A stretch of DNA of 64,000 nt from Rhodothermales bacterium (GTDB lineage Bacteria > Bacteroidota > Rhodothermia > Rhodothermales > Bin80): positions 4,884 through 68,883 of the forward strand of contig JAJEDR010000009.1 of the NCBI GenBank assembly GCA_022821385.1, in the 5' to 3' direction. How positions within the stretch are numbered: position 1 is the first letter of the stretch; every line of letters begins with the position of its first letter. Positions 49,169 to 58,940 of the stretch are shown here, piece by piece. The notes below the pieces were generated by a model. The model had not been told where the DNA came from, did not search any database, and saw only the letters and a list, made by a program, of their open reading frames with translations. Made by a program: the position numbers and the translations under genes.

Positions 49169-50563
49169 TCAGATGCGTTTCCATCTAGCAGCCATCCCAT
49201 GTCCCTCAGGCTTGGCAAGTCCTCGTTCGCGTAGTGCTTCCAAGCCCCGTCTCACTTGTCGGGAGCTTGTGCCGAGCGGGAGATGAGAAATGATCTCGCG
49301 GATAGCCATCCCCTCTTGTGTCCGCCCTAATAGGTCAAGAATCATTTCCTGTCGTTCAACAAACCCATTTCCGTTACGCTGCGATGGCACATAACCAGCC
49401 GGGCGGAAGCGTACGATCACGCAATTTTTATACTCCTCTATCTCCGGGCGAGGCAATCCGGCAGAGGTTGCCAAACTCACCATCTTGAGGGTTCCGCTCC
49501 CCCACTGCTCAATAATGCCACGCTTGTAGAAGACATCCGCGATTAGCGGATTCCAAGGCATTGAGTCGTGTGGTTCAAATAAATCGTCCGGCGTTAGGCC
49601 GAAATGTAATGGCCCAGGTGACGTTACTTCCAGACCGTCATCATAGACTGCCAGCCCAATGGAACCTCCTTCTATTATGTAGTCACGATGACATATTGCA
49701 TTTGCCAGCGCCTCTCGGACGGCAAGGCGCGGATAAAGTGGCTCGTCAATACGTGCCATCTGATCAGGCTTAAATCGACCTGCTATGGGTAGTGTATCGC
49801 TCAAGAAACGCTCCGCATTGGCGAGGAGAGTGAAGGCATTACCACTGAATTGACGGTTATCCAGAAATTCTGACCGGTCAGAGCCACGGAAACGAGCTAC
49901 GCGTAGCAAGCATTGTGGCATATCGTATCTCAGACGTTCAACTTTCCCAAACAATACCGCGGCTGCTCTAAGCAGTGCTCCGTCACGGATCAGTCGAAAT
50001 CCGTGCAGTAATGCTTCGGGTTCTTGGTTCTCAGTTTCGTTCAACCGCCCGATTCTCACCGCTTCTGCAAAAGTGTTTCGGATTGCTGCCACATCCAGAT
50101 CATTGACCGTCCATCCGGTAGCTGGCTGGTTCTCCCAGCGCTGCTCCTTATGCATGCGTTCCAGAAGCATTCGATTGTATTCTTCATCTGCCATGGCTCG
50201 CGTCGTATTACCGACTCGTCTATACGCAACACCTTGGTATCGATACGGTCGCACAGGCCCCGGATTTATCTGCACCATTATGATCTCGCGGTTGCGGTCC
50301 ACAGGAATCAGTTGAATTGTTGGAAACACTTGTGGAGTTATCCTCCCAATTGCAGCACTCACTTTTTCAATTGCCCGATCGCTCACATCCTGTCCAACGA
50401 CTGTTCTATTCGGCGTGATGCCGAATAGAATGCGCCCACCACCCTGATTGGCCATGGCGCACAGGGTTTTGGCGGCCTCTTTGAGTCCGCCAGTGGTTTT
50501 CTTGAATTCCAGTGTTTCGGATTCGCCCGCCATAACCAGTCTAGTAACTTCCTCGAGAGTCAT
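49169..50563 (-). CDS. AlbA_2 (Schlafen-like divergent AAA) domain protein with HATPase_c_4-like region and C-terminal wHTH; often mis-annotated as RecG-like
   Basis: Contains GESETLEFKKT...LCAMANQGGGRILFGI at the N-terminus and ALANAICHRDY in the middle. The C-terminus IREIISHLPLGTSSRQVRRGLEALRERGL looks like a winged helix. Confidence 0.75.
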   Translation of the reverse strand: MTLEEVTRLVMAGESETLEFKKTTGGLKEAAKTLCAMANQGGGRILFGITPNRTVVGQDVSDRAIEKVSAAIGRITPQVFPTIQLIPVDRNREIIMVQINPGPVRPYRYQGVAYRRVGNTTRAMADEEYNRMLLERMHKEQRWENQPATGWTVNDLDVAAIRNTFAEAVRIGRLNETENQEPEALLHGFRLIRDGALLRAAAVLFGKVERLRYDMPQCLLRVARFRGSDRSEFLDNRQFSGNAFTLLANAERFLSDTLPIAGRFKPDQMARIDEPLYPRLAVREALANAICHRDYIIEGGSIGLAVYDDGLEVTSPGPLHFGLTPDDLFEPHDSMPWNPLIADVFYKRGIIEQWGSGTLKMVSLATSAGLPRPEIEEYKNCVIVRFRPAGYVPSQRNGNGFVERQEMILDLLGRTQEGMAIREIISHLPLGTSSRQVRRGLEALRERGLAKPEGHGMAARWKRI

Positions 50564-51230
50564 ATTGTACCCTTTAGTTATTATGGACAGTTCATGGGAG
50601 AATATGGATCTACTCCAAAGAGAGTGCCTTAAATGGCTAGTACTCTAATGGGTTAAGAGTACTGATTTGCAGGGGATCTGTTTGTGTCCAGGTTTTCCGA
50701 AAAAAGTCTGTTCGGTGGATGGGACTCATCAAGATTGCCTGAGTTTACTCTGATCTCGTAGGATAACGCATGGCTGTAGAATGCGTCTCTTGCAAATACC
50801 GAAATTGTGCGATGAATAAATTTTGCAAGCATCATTCACCGGTTAGTACAATGGGGCGTCGTCATAGGTTGCAAGTGACGATTCTTGCTGAATTTCTCAT
50901 CTTACCGACCAACTACAGCGGGATTTATTCAGAGTCAAGGGGAAGTAATACAGCTTTTTAATGGGATTTGAGTTGAGTTGATCAACGAAATCTTGGAGGA
51001 TCTATGTCCATATTCACATACATGCATCGACATTGCGCCGATGTGTTCGCACCATACAGATTATGAGTTCGATCTACAACAAGAAAGCCGCTTGGAGGGA
51101 GATTGACGATCTTTTCAGTGGACAACGCTAACTATTCTCAGCGTTACACGAAGTTCAAGCAATTGCCCTAACTTCAAATCTCCAAACCTTCGAAACGGTA
51201 GTCCACAAAATAGTTTTGCGAAAGGCCCGG

Positions 51231-51932
51231 ATGATTGATATATCGCAGAAACGTAACGACTTGCAGCTACATGATTCAGGTCAGGTTTTCTTTTTTCATC
51301 CCTGCGGACTCGACGATCTGGATCGCGCAGCTTCCGAAGGATTGATCGAACCACCCCTGCTGGAAAATTTAAGCATTGCTCAGCGGATGGAAACCGAGGC
51401 CATTCTTGTTATTGATGCCCACGCGCTTGGCGATGTGCGATCGGTTGGATCCGTATACTGGACGAGTATAGTGCCACCGGACGCAATTCGGAATGCATAT
51501 CCATATGCTCCGCCATTTGAGGTGTTGGCAGCTGGTGGTATTGTTCGACACCGAGATACAGATGAGGTATTGTGTATCAGGCGTCTTGGACTTCTGGATC
51601 TACCGAAAGGCAAACTTGAAGCAAATGAATCCATCTCGGCTTGCGCAATGCGAGAAGTGCAGGAAGAGACCGGCATTGCCGACTTGTGTCAGGGAGGGTT
51701 GCTAGGCACTACGGTGCATGGATATCATCGTGCTGGACGATTTAAGATAAAAACCACCTACTGGTTTGCTTTTACATCCAGAGCAACTCAGTTTGTACCT
51801 GCAGAAGAGGAAGCGATCAGTGCTGTTTGCTGGGTGCACGAGGAACAGGCAGCGAGAACACTGGGTTATGCAACCCTGCGCAGTCTTTTGATCAAACTGC
51901 GATCTGTCACGCGCGAACGGGGCGGACCCTGA
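51231..51932 (+). CDS. NUDIX hydrolase
   Basis: The Nudix box GKLEANESISACAMREVQEETGI is present. The start is uncertain: candidates are TTG 51216, ATG 51231 and ATG 51387. Confidence 0.8.
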   Translation: MIDISQKRNDLQLHDSGQVFFFHPCGLDDLDRAASEGLIEPPLLENLSIAQRMETEAILVIDAHALGDVRSVGSVYWTSIVPPDAIRNAYPYAPPFEVLAAGGIVRHRDTDEVLCIRRLGLLDLPKGKLEANESISACAMREVQEETGIADLCQGGLLGTTVHGYHRAGRFKIKTTYWFAFTSRATQFVPAEEEAISAVCWVHEEQAARTLGYATLRSLLIKLRSVTRERGGP

Positions 51933-53052
51933 GCACGCCATCAGTTATTTCCACTGAGGACTCACCCTGCAGGATTCGTAGCAGTTCCTTGCCCGCTACC
52001 TCCCATCTCCAGCCATGGAGTAGAGGGAGATCCCTTTTGTCAGGGTTCAGGATCAGTCGTTGAAGTGTCTTGGATGTAGCAATCAGCTCTGGATCTATTT
52101 TGTATTCAAGAGCGCGGCCACTAACCACCGCCTGTAACAGTCGAAGATGGGGCTGTTCCTTGTTTGGGAACGGGCGAGTAATGATGGCTTCGGGACAAGC
52201 AGGGGTTGGAGTGTCAAGTGCCTTGGCGACCACACCGGCCACCTGGGGTATATAACGATGAGGCAACGAGGAACAGGCGTTCCGTACAGCACCGGGCGTT
52301 TTGCTTCGTCTTTTGGCCAGGCGGATAATTTCTTTATCATCCAACAGCTTTTTGAGGGGAGTTCTGGTCTTCAGGGCAGTATGAAATCGCCAGTTTACAA
52401 CTGCGGCGGCTACTGCACGCTGCTGTGGCTTGAAACCATAGGTCTTTGGTGATCTCAGGATACGTTCAGTGGGTGATTGTTCCTGGTAATGACTCGGATT
52501 GTCAAAACGAGACATCTCCTCTTCAAGCCATGTCACACGACCTATTTCGTGTGCCCTGGAAAGGAGCGTTTTACGAATCTGATGCAAGTACAGAACATCC
52601 CTCTCTGCATATTTTATTTGTGCAGTTGACAGTGGTCGCCGGCGCCAATTCGACTGTTGTTGATTTTTCGAGATATTTACACCGCAAATGTTCGCAACCA
52701 GCGCAGACAATGAGTTCCCGGAACTTACACCGAGAAGGCGCGCCGCAATTCTTGTGTCGAAAATATTTTTGGGAGTGGCTCCCGACGCTCTCGATAACAG
52801 CACAAGATCTGCCGGTGCGTCATGCAATATCTTCACGATATCCTGCCGTTCAAGAACGGAACTGAGCCTATGCAGGTCATCAAAAGCCAGCGCATCTATT
52901 AAGTGAACTTCGCCGGTGCTCAGTGCTACCTGCACGATGGCCAGCGTGAACTCCGGTTGTTTGATGGCAATATATTCGGTGTCCAAGGCGATGCAGAAAT
53001 CTTTCTCCATCTGAGAGCACAGCTGCGACAGAGCTCGAGGTGTGTCAATCAT
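51907..53052 (-). CDS. rnd: ribonuclease D
   Basis: DEDD 3'-5' exonuclease motifs ALDTEY, LHDAPADL and YAERDVLYL are followed by an HRDC-like region. The length is typical at 381 aa. Confidence 0.85.
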   Translation of the reverse strand: MIDTPRALSQLCSQMEKDFCIALDTEYIAIKQPEFTLAIVQVALSTGEVHLIDALAFDDLHRLSSVLERQDIVKILHDAPADLVLLSRASGATPKNIFDTRIAARLLGVSSGNSLSALVANICGVNISKNQQQSNWRRRPLSTAQIKYAERDVLYLHQIRKTLLSRAHEIGRVTWLEEEMSRFDNPSHYQEQSPTERILRSPKTYGFKPQQRAVAAAVVNWRFHTALKTRTPLKKLLDDKEIIRLAKRRSKTPGAVRNACSSLPHRYIPQVAGVVAKALDTPTPACPEAIITRPFPNKEQPHLRLLQAVVSGRALEYKIDPELIATSKTLQRLILNPDKRDLPLLHGWRWEVAGKELLRILQGESSVEITDGVLRVRPVRA

Positions 53053-53171
53053 GCTATCGGAGCAGACGGCAATTCAGCGAGTTCAAGCGTCGGTAGGCCA
53101 AAATATTTTCTTGTCAAATATCAATTTGGTCCGTAAATTCCCAAACTACTGAGGAAAAGTGAGGAAAAGTA

Positions 53172-53516
53172 ATGCCATACATCGTTGCTGAGCCGTGTAT
53201 TAACTGCAAACACACCGATTGTGTTGAGGTGTGTCCCGTAGATTGTTTCTATGAGGGCCCGAACTTTATGGTCATTCATCCTGATGAATGTATAGATTGC
53301 AATGCATGTGTTCCGGTGTGTCCGGTTGAGGCGATCTTCCCGGATGATGAGCTTCCAGAAGAATGGCAGCACTACGAGGAGTGGAATCTGTATCTGGCGG
53401 AAAAATGGCAGGAACAGGGCTACAACATAGTGGAGCGTACGGATCCGCTACCGGACGCCGAGGAATGGAAATCCAAGGATAAATCTGAGGAGGATATCCT
53501 TGAGTGGGACGTCTAG
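53172..53516 (+). CDS. fdxA: 7Fe ferredoxin (Azotobacter FdxA type)
   Basis: Contains [18 protein letters not shown] and [16 protein letters not shown], plus a C-terminal extension. Confidence 0.9.
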   Translation: MPYIVAEPCINCKHTDCVEVCPVDCFYEGPNFMVIHPDECIDCNACVPVCPVEAIFPDDELPEEWQHYEEWNLYLAEKWQEQGYNIVERTDPLPDAEEWKSKDKSEEDILEWDV

Positions 53517-54790
53517 GTTCCGGCTGAATAATCTATCGCGTAAGCTTCCTGTTCAGGTGTGAGTTTATCAATCGCAAGGCCCATGGTACCCAGCTTTAGG
53601 CGGGCGATCCGTTCATCTATGGAGGTGGGCAGATCTATAACCGTGTGCGGCAGTACTGTGCCGCTCTCCCTGGACTGGATGAGGGTCAGATGGGTCATAA
53701 ATTGATTTGCAAAGCTCATATCCATTACCTCCGAGGGATGACCTTCTGCCGCGGCTAGATTGACCAGCCGACCATCAGCGAGCACATAGATTCTGTTGCC
53801 GTTCGTGCAGGTATATTCTCGATTATTTGGACGGATATCCCGTGTTTTTGCTGATATTTCAGCTAATTCGGTCAGGTTCAGTTCTACATCGTAGTGTCCA
53901 GTATTGCACACGATAGCTCCGTCCTTCATGGAGGTAAAGTGTTTACCGCGAATCACATCCTTCATTCCCGTAGCGGTAACAAATATATCTCCTACGCGCG
54001 CAGCTTCTTCCATGGGCATCACGCGCATTCCATCCAGTGTAGCTTTGAGAGCAGCTGCCGGCCGCACTTCCGTCACAATCACATTGGCTCCCATTCCGCG
54101 TCCTCGAGTCGCGACACCGCGACCACAGTGACCATAGCCAGCAACCACCAGATTTTTTCCGGCTAACAGCACGCCACTTGCACGCAGGATGCCATCAAGC
54201 GTCGATTGTCCGGTTCCATAAACATTGTCGAAGTCCCACTTGGTTTCGGTATCGTTCACGGCATAGACGGGATAGAGCAGCTTCCCATCTCTCGCCATTG
54301 CCCGCAACCGCTGTACGCCGGTTGTGGTCTCTTCACTGCCGCCGATGATGTGTTTCGCCATATGCGGAAAACGTTTGTGGATCGTAAAGATCAGGTCAGC
54401 TCCGTCGTCCAGTGTAGTGTCCGGTGTTTCGTCGATTGTGCGGTCGATGCTCCAGTAAAATTCTTCTACATTCTGCCCGTACCAGGCGTAGATTTCGATC
54501 CCGCCAAGTGCGAGTGCTGCGGCCACTTCGTCATTTGTGGACAGAGGATTGCAGCCACTCCAAGATACTTTCGCTCCGCATGCGACCAGGGTTTCAATCA
54601 GAACGGCGGTTTCTTTGGTCACATGCAGACAGCCGGTGACCTTATAACCTGCAAACGGTTTGGATTGGGCATATTCTTCGCGCAATCGCATGAGCACGGG
54701 CATTCGGCTTTCGGCCCATTCAATGCGCATTCGGCCTTTATCCGCCAGACTTAGATCGCGAACTTTGTACTGTCCTTCTACGTGATTCAT
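53513..54790 (-). CDS. ahcY: adenosylhomocysteinase
   Basis: Full-length resemblance including [28 protein letters not shown], the NAD site [11 protein letters not shown] and [13 protein letters not shown]. Confidence 0.95.
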   Translation of the reverse strand: MNHVEGQYKVRDLSLADKGRMRIEWAESRMPVLMRLREEYAQSKPFAGYKVTGCLHVTKETAVLIETLVACGAKVSWSGCNPLSTNDEVAAALALGGIEIYAWYGQNVEEFYWSIDRTIDETPDTTLDDGADLIFTIHKRFPHMAKHIIGGSEETTTGVQRLRAMARDGKLLYPVYAVNDTETKWDFDNVYGTGQSTLDGILRASGVLLAGKNLVVAGYGHCGRGVATRGRGMGANVIVTEVRPAAALKATLDGMRVMPMEEAARVGDIFVTATGMKDVIRGKHFTSMKDGAIVCNTGHYDVELNLTELAEISAKTRDIRPNNREYTCTNGNRIYVLADGRLVNLAAAEGHPSEVMDMSFANQFMTHLTLIQSRESGTVLPHTVIDLPTSIDERIARLKLGTMGLAIDKLTPEQEAYAIDYSAGT

Positions 54791-54849
54791 TGGTTGATTA
54801 ACTTGACTAATGGGGAACGCTCAAACCCGTATAATCCCTACTCGTTCGT

Positions 54850-57800
54850 TCATCGGATAAGCGTCATTGATTGCTGAGACACGCTATTGCCAGCTTCCAT
54901 TCTAACCCAGTACGTCCCGGGTGCTAGTTGGCGCATATACACATTGACTGCATACCCTCCGGCTTCATGTACGCGATCGACGACAGTCCGCACTTTCTGG
55001 CCAAGTATGTTGAAGATTGTGATTCGCACCGGCATGGCTTCCGGCAGAACGTAGCTGATGTTGGTCTGTTCACTGAATGGGTTTGGGAAATTTGGATAGA
55101 GCACAAGGTCGGTGGATGTAGGGATAACCGGGGTATTTTCCGACAACAGATAATACTCGGCATTCAGTATTTTCCAGAAGTTTCCGTTCGACGGCTGACC
55201 GCTAATACTGTTAATTAAATCCAGTCGAAGTTGGTAGGGTTGTTTAAGGAATCCAAGATCAAACCAAGATTCAATCACCGACGGAGATTCACCTGCAAAG
55301 ATTCCCTCGCCCCTGTCCGTTATCGCCGGATATCCATTACCGGGTACAAGTTTGGTCCAGGTGTGGCCACCATCTTCCGTAACACTCACGTATGCCGAGT
55401 TCCCTTGTTCCAGGTTATAGGCATGCTGCAATAGCAGCATCGTACGCTGCGAATTTTCTGAAAAATAAACGGGCTTGAGTACTATGGAGGATTGCTGATG
55501 TGATGTAGGTGCCTCTGCGAGGTAGCCGGTATCAGAAAAATCCCAGTCTCCACTGATGTATGCGTCAGAAAGCGCTGTCACGGGGCTGTGTGTTGCCAGA
55601 TATAATTTCATTAACGTTCCGGGAGGATCTCCGCCGGGGGTGCGGACATTGCCGTCAAAGTCTCTGACCGTTATCTGATACCCCAGTACTCCACTTTGTT
55701 TTGAACTCGGCACAGGAACGTCTGCGTAAAACCAGTTTGAGGCCTCCAGTACAGGTCTGAACCGGTACACTCCCAGGGGTTCCAAATGTGAGCCCTTCAC
55801 ATCATAGAGGTTCAGCCGGATAGATTCTATACCGGTGTCATCTTCGGCAGCCATTTGAATATGCGTAACAGGTTCACCATATCTGACGAAGCCATGCTCA
55901 AATGGAGCATACAGAATTTCTGGGGATGACTGATCCACAGGGGGATCTCCTAAGACGCGTACGTCCCGGATTGCCCATCCTGCAAAATTGTGTGTTGTAG
56001 ACTCGGAGTTGCCAATTCCTGTACCAAATGCCAGCCGCGTGCTGACCTCAAACCGAAAAACATCATCGGGCGCATCTGGGAGCGGCACACGAACGCGACG
56101 CCAGCCAAAACTGGACCCCCCAAAAGCCGGGGTGCCAGACAGCGGGTTCCCACGCGTTTGGTCCACGACCCCGTTATAACCCCACTGTGGTTCGGCGACC
56201 GTCCAGGAGTCGCCACCATCTGTCGAAATCTGAATCTGACCACCATCATAGACTACGCCGCCCGTGTCTCCCGGGCCAGATACGCCGGTATGTTCAAAAT
56301 CATACCAGTGCCAAAACTCCAGATGTGCGTTGGGGTATCCGGCGATGTTGACCTCAGGCATAGACAACAAACTCAGTGCAGATTGATCGCTGTAGGAAGC
56401 GTTCGCTACGGTTACCCAGAGTGGCCCTGAGTACCCGAAAACAGAATCATCCGGGGCCCATTCACCGGAGGTCAGTCCAGACCACTCTGAAGAATTCCAT
56501 GCTCCGAGCTCATTGGGTCCGGGAATAACATCAAGTCGCAATTGAGCTTCTCCCTCAAGTGGAAAATGAGCGACGTTGGGTGGATCGGCCTCATCGTAAG
56601 CAAGCACCCGATACTCCATCCAGGTCCCGGGTATAGGCGTTCCCGTATTGCTGATCAATGGAGGTATGCCGGAAAATGTATCATCTCCCTCGTGCGCAAG
56701 AAGAAGTACCCCGCTCTCGGTTTCCTGATTGTAGGGGAGGGTCCTTGTGTACAGAAGTTCAACTTTCGATACGGCTTCATCATCCGTAACCTGGACAGAA
56801 ACGGTCAGAGGAATCTGTGCCGGTGTTACATGTGTGACGGGAGTGAAGAGGATTTCAGGTGGCTGGGTGTCCGGTCCCAGTTTCACACGGAAAAGCTCAT
56901 CAGGCGCAGACATGGGGAGTTTCATGGAAGCGATATCCGTGGACGCCTGGATATAGTATTCCAGGGACTGCGTATTTGCGGGCAATGTTATCTCGGCTTT
57001 CCAGGTCTGCAGGCTTTCGTTGACCATGTTTTCCGTCAAAAAACTCCCCGAGTTCAGACGGTAGGTCACCTCTGCACTTGTGATCGAAAAACCAGGTGCT
57101 ACAATGTCAGCCTCAAATTGAACGGGAGAACTGAAGTCGATATGGCGCGGAGGTGGCGAATGAACAATTACGGGTATGCCCGTGGCAGGTCCAAAGAAAC
57201 CTCGTCGCGCGAAAACATCGTGGATTTGACCAAAGTAAAGTTTGTCGTATAGCACGTCATCTACCTGCACCAGCGCCTGGACCATATCTGCCAGCGTAAA
57301 ATCACCCGCCAGATAAGGAAAGGCTGCTATGTGCATGCGATCAGTCACTTCGCGACCGATACGCTCCCAGAGCTGCATCATGAGGGCGGACCATGTTTGC
57401 GCATAGTTATAAAAATTGCAGGCGAGACGACAATCTTCTTCGATTATATCGTAATGAACATTACCATCGGCGCGTCTTCCGCCCCAGAAGACGCCGTCCC
57501 AGGGAAAGACATCCCGCCAGTCTCCCATTGGAACCTGGCCGGACTCCATGAGATGTCTGCGATATGAGACCGCCCAGTAGTCTGAGAATCCTTCTGCGAG
57601 TACGCCCGGTTCGCCGGAGATCCGGGATGCGAAACCCATGTGTTCGTACATAACTGCATGACCATACTCGTGAAGAATCACCCCGGCGTCCTCTGCGTCA
57701 TCGGTTTCACCATCTCCGAAGTGCAGAGAATTAGTCCAGTATTGGTAATAGGACTGATCCTCCGGGAGTGCGTGAGGATCTACCCTTACAGGGATTGAAG

Positions 57801-58923
57801 GTGCGGGATGTCCGAGATTCAGGCTTTGTATGTAGCGTTGGCTCTGGTCAATGAAGTAGTATGACATGACAGCTTCAAAACGCTTGTCGTTTCGCGTGTA
57901 CTTGAAGCTGTTCTCATCGCTCTCTTCTGGAGCATACTCACCTATGATTCTCACCCATGGTCCGTTCAGCCGGTATAGGCCGTCGCTGGAGCTTCGCTCA
58001 ATATCCTGGAGGTTTTCGGTGATCCGCAGGTTATTGAGCGCGTCGCTGTCCTGATCGTTGTTATCGACATAGTTTCCCCCATAGGGTTGACCCGAGGCAG
58101 TCAGGGGGTCATACATCCATACGGATCCCTGCCCGGTGGGGTACTGAGTAGTTTCTTCTAGGCCTGAAGGGTGGTTCTGTTGGACGGATATATCCTCCGT
58201 GTGTGCACGGGAGAATATGCGCAGGTCCATCAAATGTATCAGTGCTCCCGTGTTTGCATCCAATACAACCTCCCATTCTCCAGGAGAGGAATCCGGCCAG
58301 ACGATAACGCGCCAGACCAATCGGGGCGGATTGTCGGGAAGTACGAGGAGATCGGGTGTCCTCGAACTTGCGCCTGTTTCAGAAACCGCACGTTGCGCCA
58401 GGGATTCAGCCTGGGTTGCATTTAATGCAGGTATAGGGTTAAAGGAGGTGACGTTTTCCAGATGAGGGGCATAGCCGCTGATCACCATTGTCGGCAAGCC
58501 TGCTCTGTCCAGGTTTACGTGCACAAAGCGCCCATATACTTTGACACCTGCTAGTGTTTGCTGAAAGGTGAGATGTTGTGCACCGAGGGATTGCTTTTCG
58601 TTGACCAATTCAAGTACATCAGGTGTGTCTATCCCAAATCGGGCGCCGTCGTCGGCCAACCACTCGCGCGCAGTTGCCTCTGCGGTGGCTTCCGGGGTTA
58701 TTGTCGGAGCCAACTGATAAGCCGCTCGAAGAATCCCAAGCTCTTCATCAATCCGGCCGTTCTGTACGCGTATGCTGGGGATATGGCCCCAGGCATTCTC
58801 AGTTACGACGGCAGCCTGGGAGGCCGCAGGGAGCGACTGTACTGCCGCAGAGCGATCCTGGGCCTCTGCAAGGGCAGCGCAGGGGAGTATGAGGGCGAAT
58901 ACAATAAGGGCCTTGTATTCCAT
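54850..58923 (-). CDS. secreted multidomain zinc metalloprotease with FTP/PepSY-like propeptide and T9SS C-terminal sorting domain
   Basis: Signal peptide and an N-terminal propeptide-like region (LTFQQTLAGVKVYG). The zinc motif VILHEYGHAV is present. The C-terminal 80 aa or so (LYPNFPNPFSEQTNISYVL...ITIFNILGQKV) match the Por/T9SS sorting domain pattern. Confidence 0.8.
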   Translation of the reverse strand: MEYKALIVFALILPCAALAEAQDRSAAVQSLPAASQAAVVTENAWGHIPSIRVQNGRIDEELGILRAAYQLAPTITPEATAEATAREWLADDGARFGIDTPDVLELVNEKQSLGAQHLTFQQTLAGVKVYGRFVHVNLDRAGLPTMVISGYAPHLENVTSFNPIPALNATQAESLAQRAVSETGASSRTPDLLVLPDNPPRLVWRVIVWPDSSPGEWEVVLDANTGALIHLMDLRIFSRAHTEDISVQQNHPSGLEETTQYPTGQGSVWMYDPLTASGQPYGGNYVDNNDQDSDALNNLRITENLQDIERSSSDGLYRLNGPWVRIIGEYAPEESDENSFKYTRNDKRFEAVMSYYFIDQSQRYIQSLNLGHPAPSIPVRVDPHALPEDQSYYQYWTNSLHFGDGETDDAEDAGVILHEYGHAVMYEHMGFASRISGEPGVLAEGFSDYWAVSYRRHLMESGQVPMGDWRDVFPWDGVFWGGRRADGNVHYDIIEEDCRLACNFYNYAQTWSALMMQLWERIGREVTDRMHIAAFPYLAGDFTLADMVQALVQVDDVLYDKLYFGQIHDVFARRGFFGPATGIPVIVHSPPPRHIDFSSPVQFEADIVAPGFSITSAEVTYRLNSGSFLTENMVNESLQTWKAEITLPANTQSLEYYIQASTDIASMKLPMSAPDELFRVKLGPDTQPPEILFTPVTHVTPAQIPLTVSVQVTDDEAVSKVELLYTRTLPYNQETESGVLLLAHEGDDTFSGIPPLISNTGTPIPGTWMEYRVLAYDEADPPNVAHFPLEGEAQLRLDVIPGPNELGAWNSSEWSGLTSGEWAPDDSVFGYSGPLWVTVANASYSDQSALSLLSMPEVNIAGYPNAHLEFWHWYDFEHTGVSGPGDTGGVVYDGGQIQISTDGGDSWTVAEPQWGYNGVVDQTRGNPLSGTPAFGGSSFGWRRVRVPLPDAPDDVFRFEVSTRLAFGTGIGNSESTTHNFAGWAIRDVRVLGDPPVDQSSPEILYAPFEHGFVRYGEPVTHIQMAAEDDTGIESIRLNLYDVKGSHLEPLGVYRFRPVLEASNWFYADVPVPSSKQSGVLGYQITVRDFDGNVRTPGGDPPGTLMKLYLATHSPVTALSDAYISGDWDFSDTGYLAEAPTSHQQSSIVLKPVYFSENSQRTMLLLQHAYNLEQGNSAYVSVTEDGGHTWTKLVPGNGYPAITDRGEGIFAGESPSVIESWFDLGFLKQPYQLRLDLINSISGQPSNGNFWKILNAEYYLLSENTPVIPTSTDLVLYPNFPNPFSEQTNISYVLPEAMPVRITIFNILGQKVRTVVDRVHEAGGYAVNVYMRQLAPGTYWVRMEAGNSVSQQSMTLIR

Positions 58924-58940
58924 ACTGAAAGGCCAGTCAT

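Noticed and set aside
48838-49184. Minus-strand ORFs encoding GAIGALLGRYW-type periodic peptides
   Set aside because: The periodicity is a by-product of translating an 11-bp tandem repeat in rotating frames. There is no plausible start context, and the unit-length variation (10-12 bp) would break any real frame.
54791-54849. Possible SAH riboswitch upstream of ahcY
   Set aside because: The intergenic region is only 59 nt and lacks the SAH-element conserved sequences.
56542-57252. 236-aa plus-strand ORF
   Set aside because: It is antisense to the T9SS metalloprotease gene and has no motifs.
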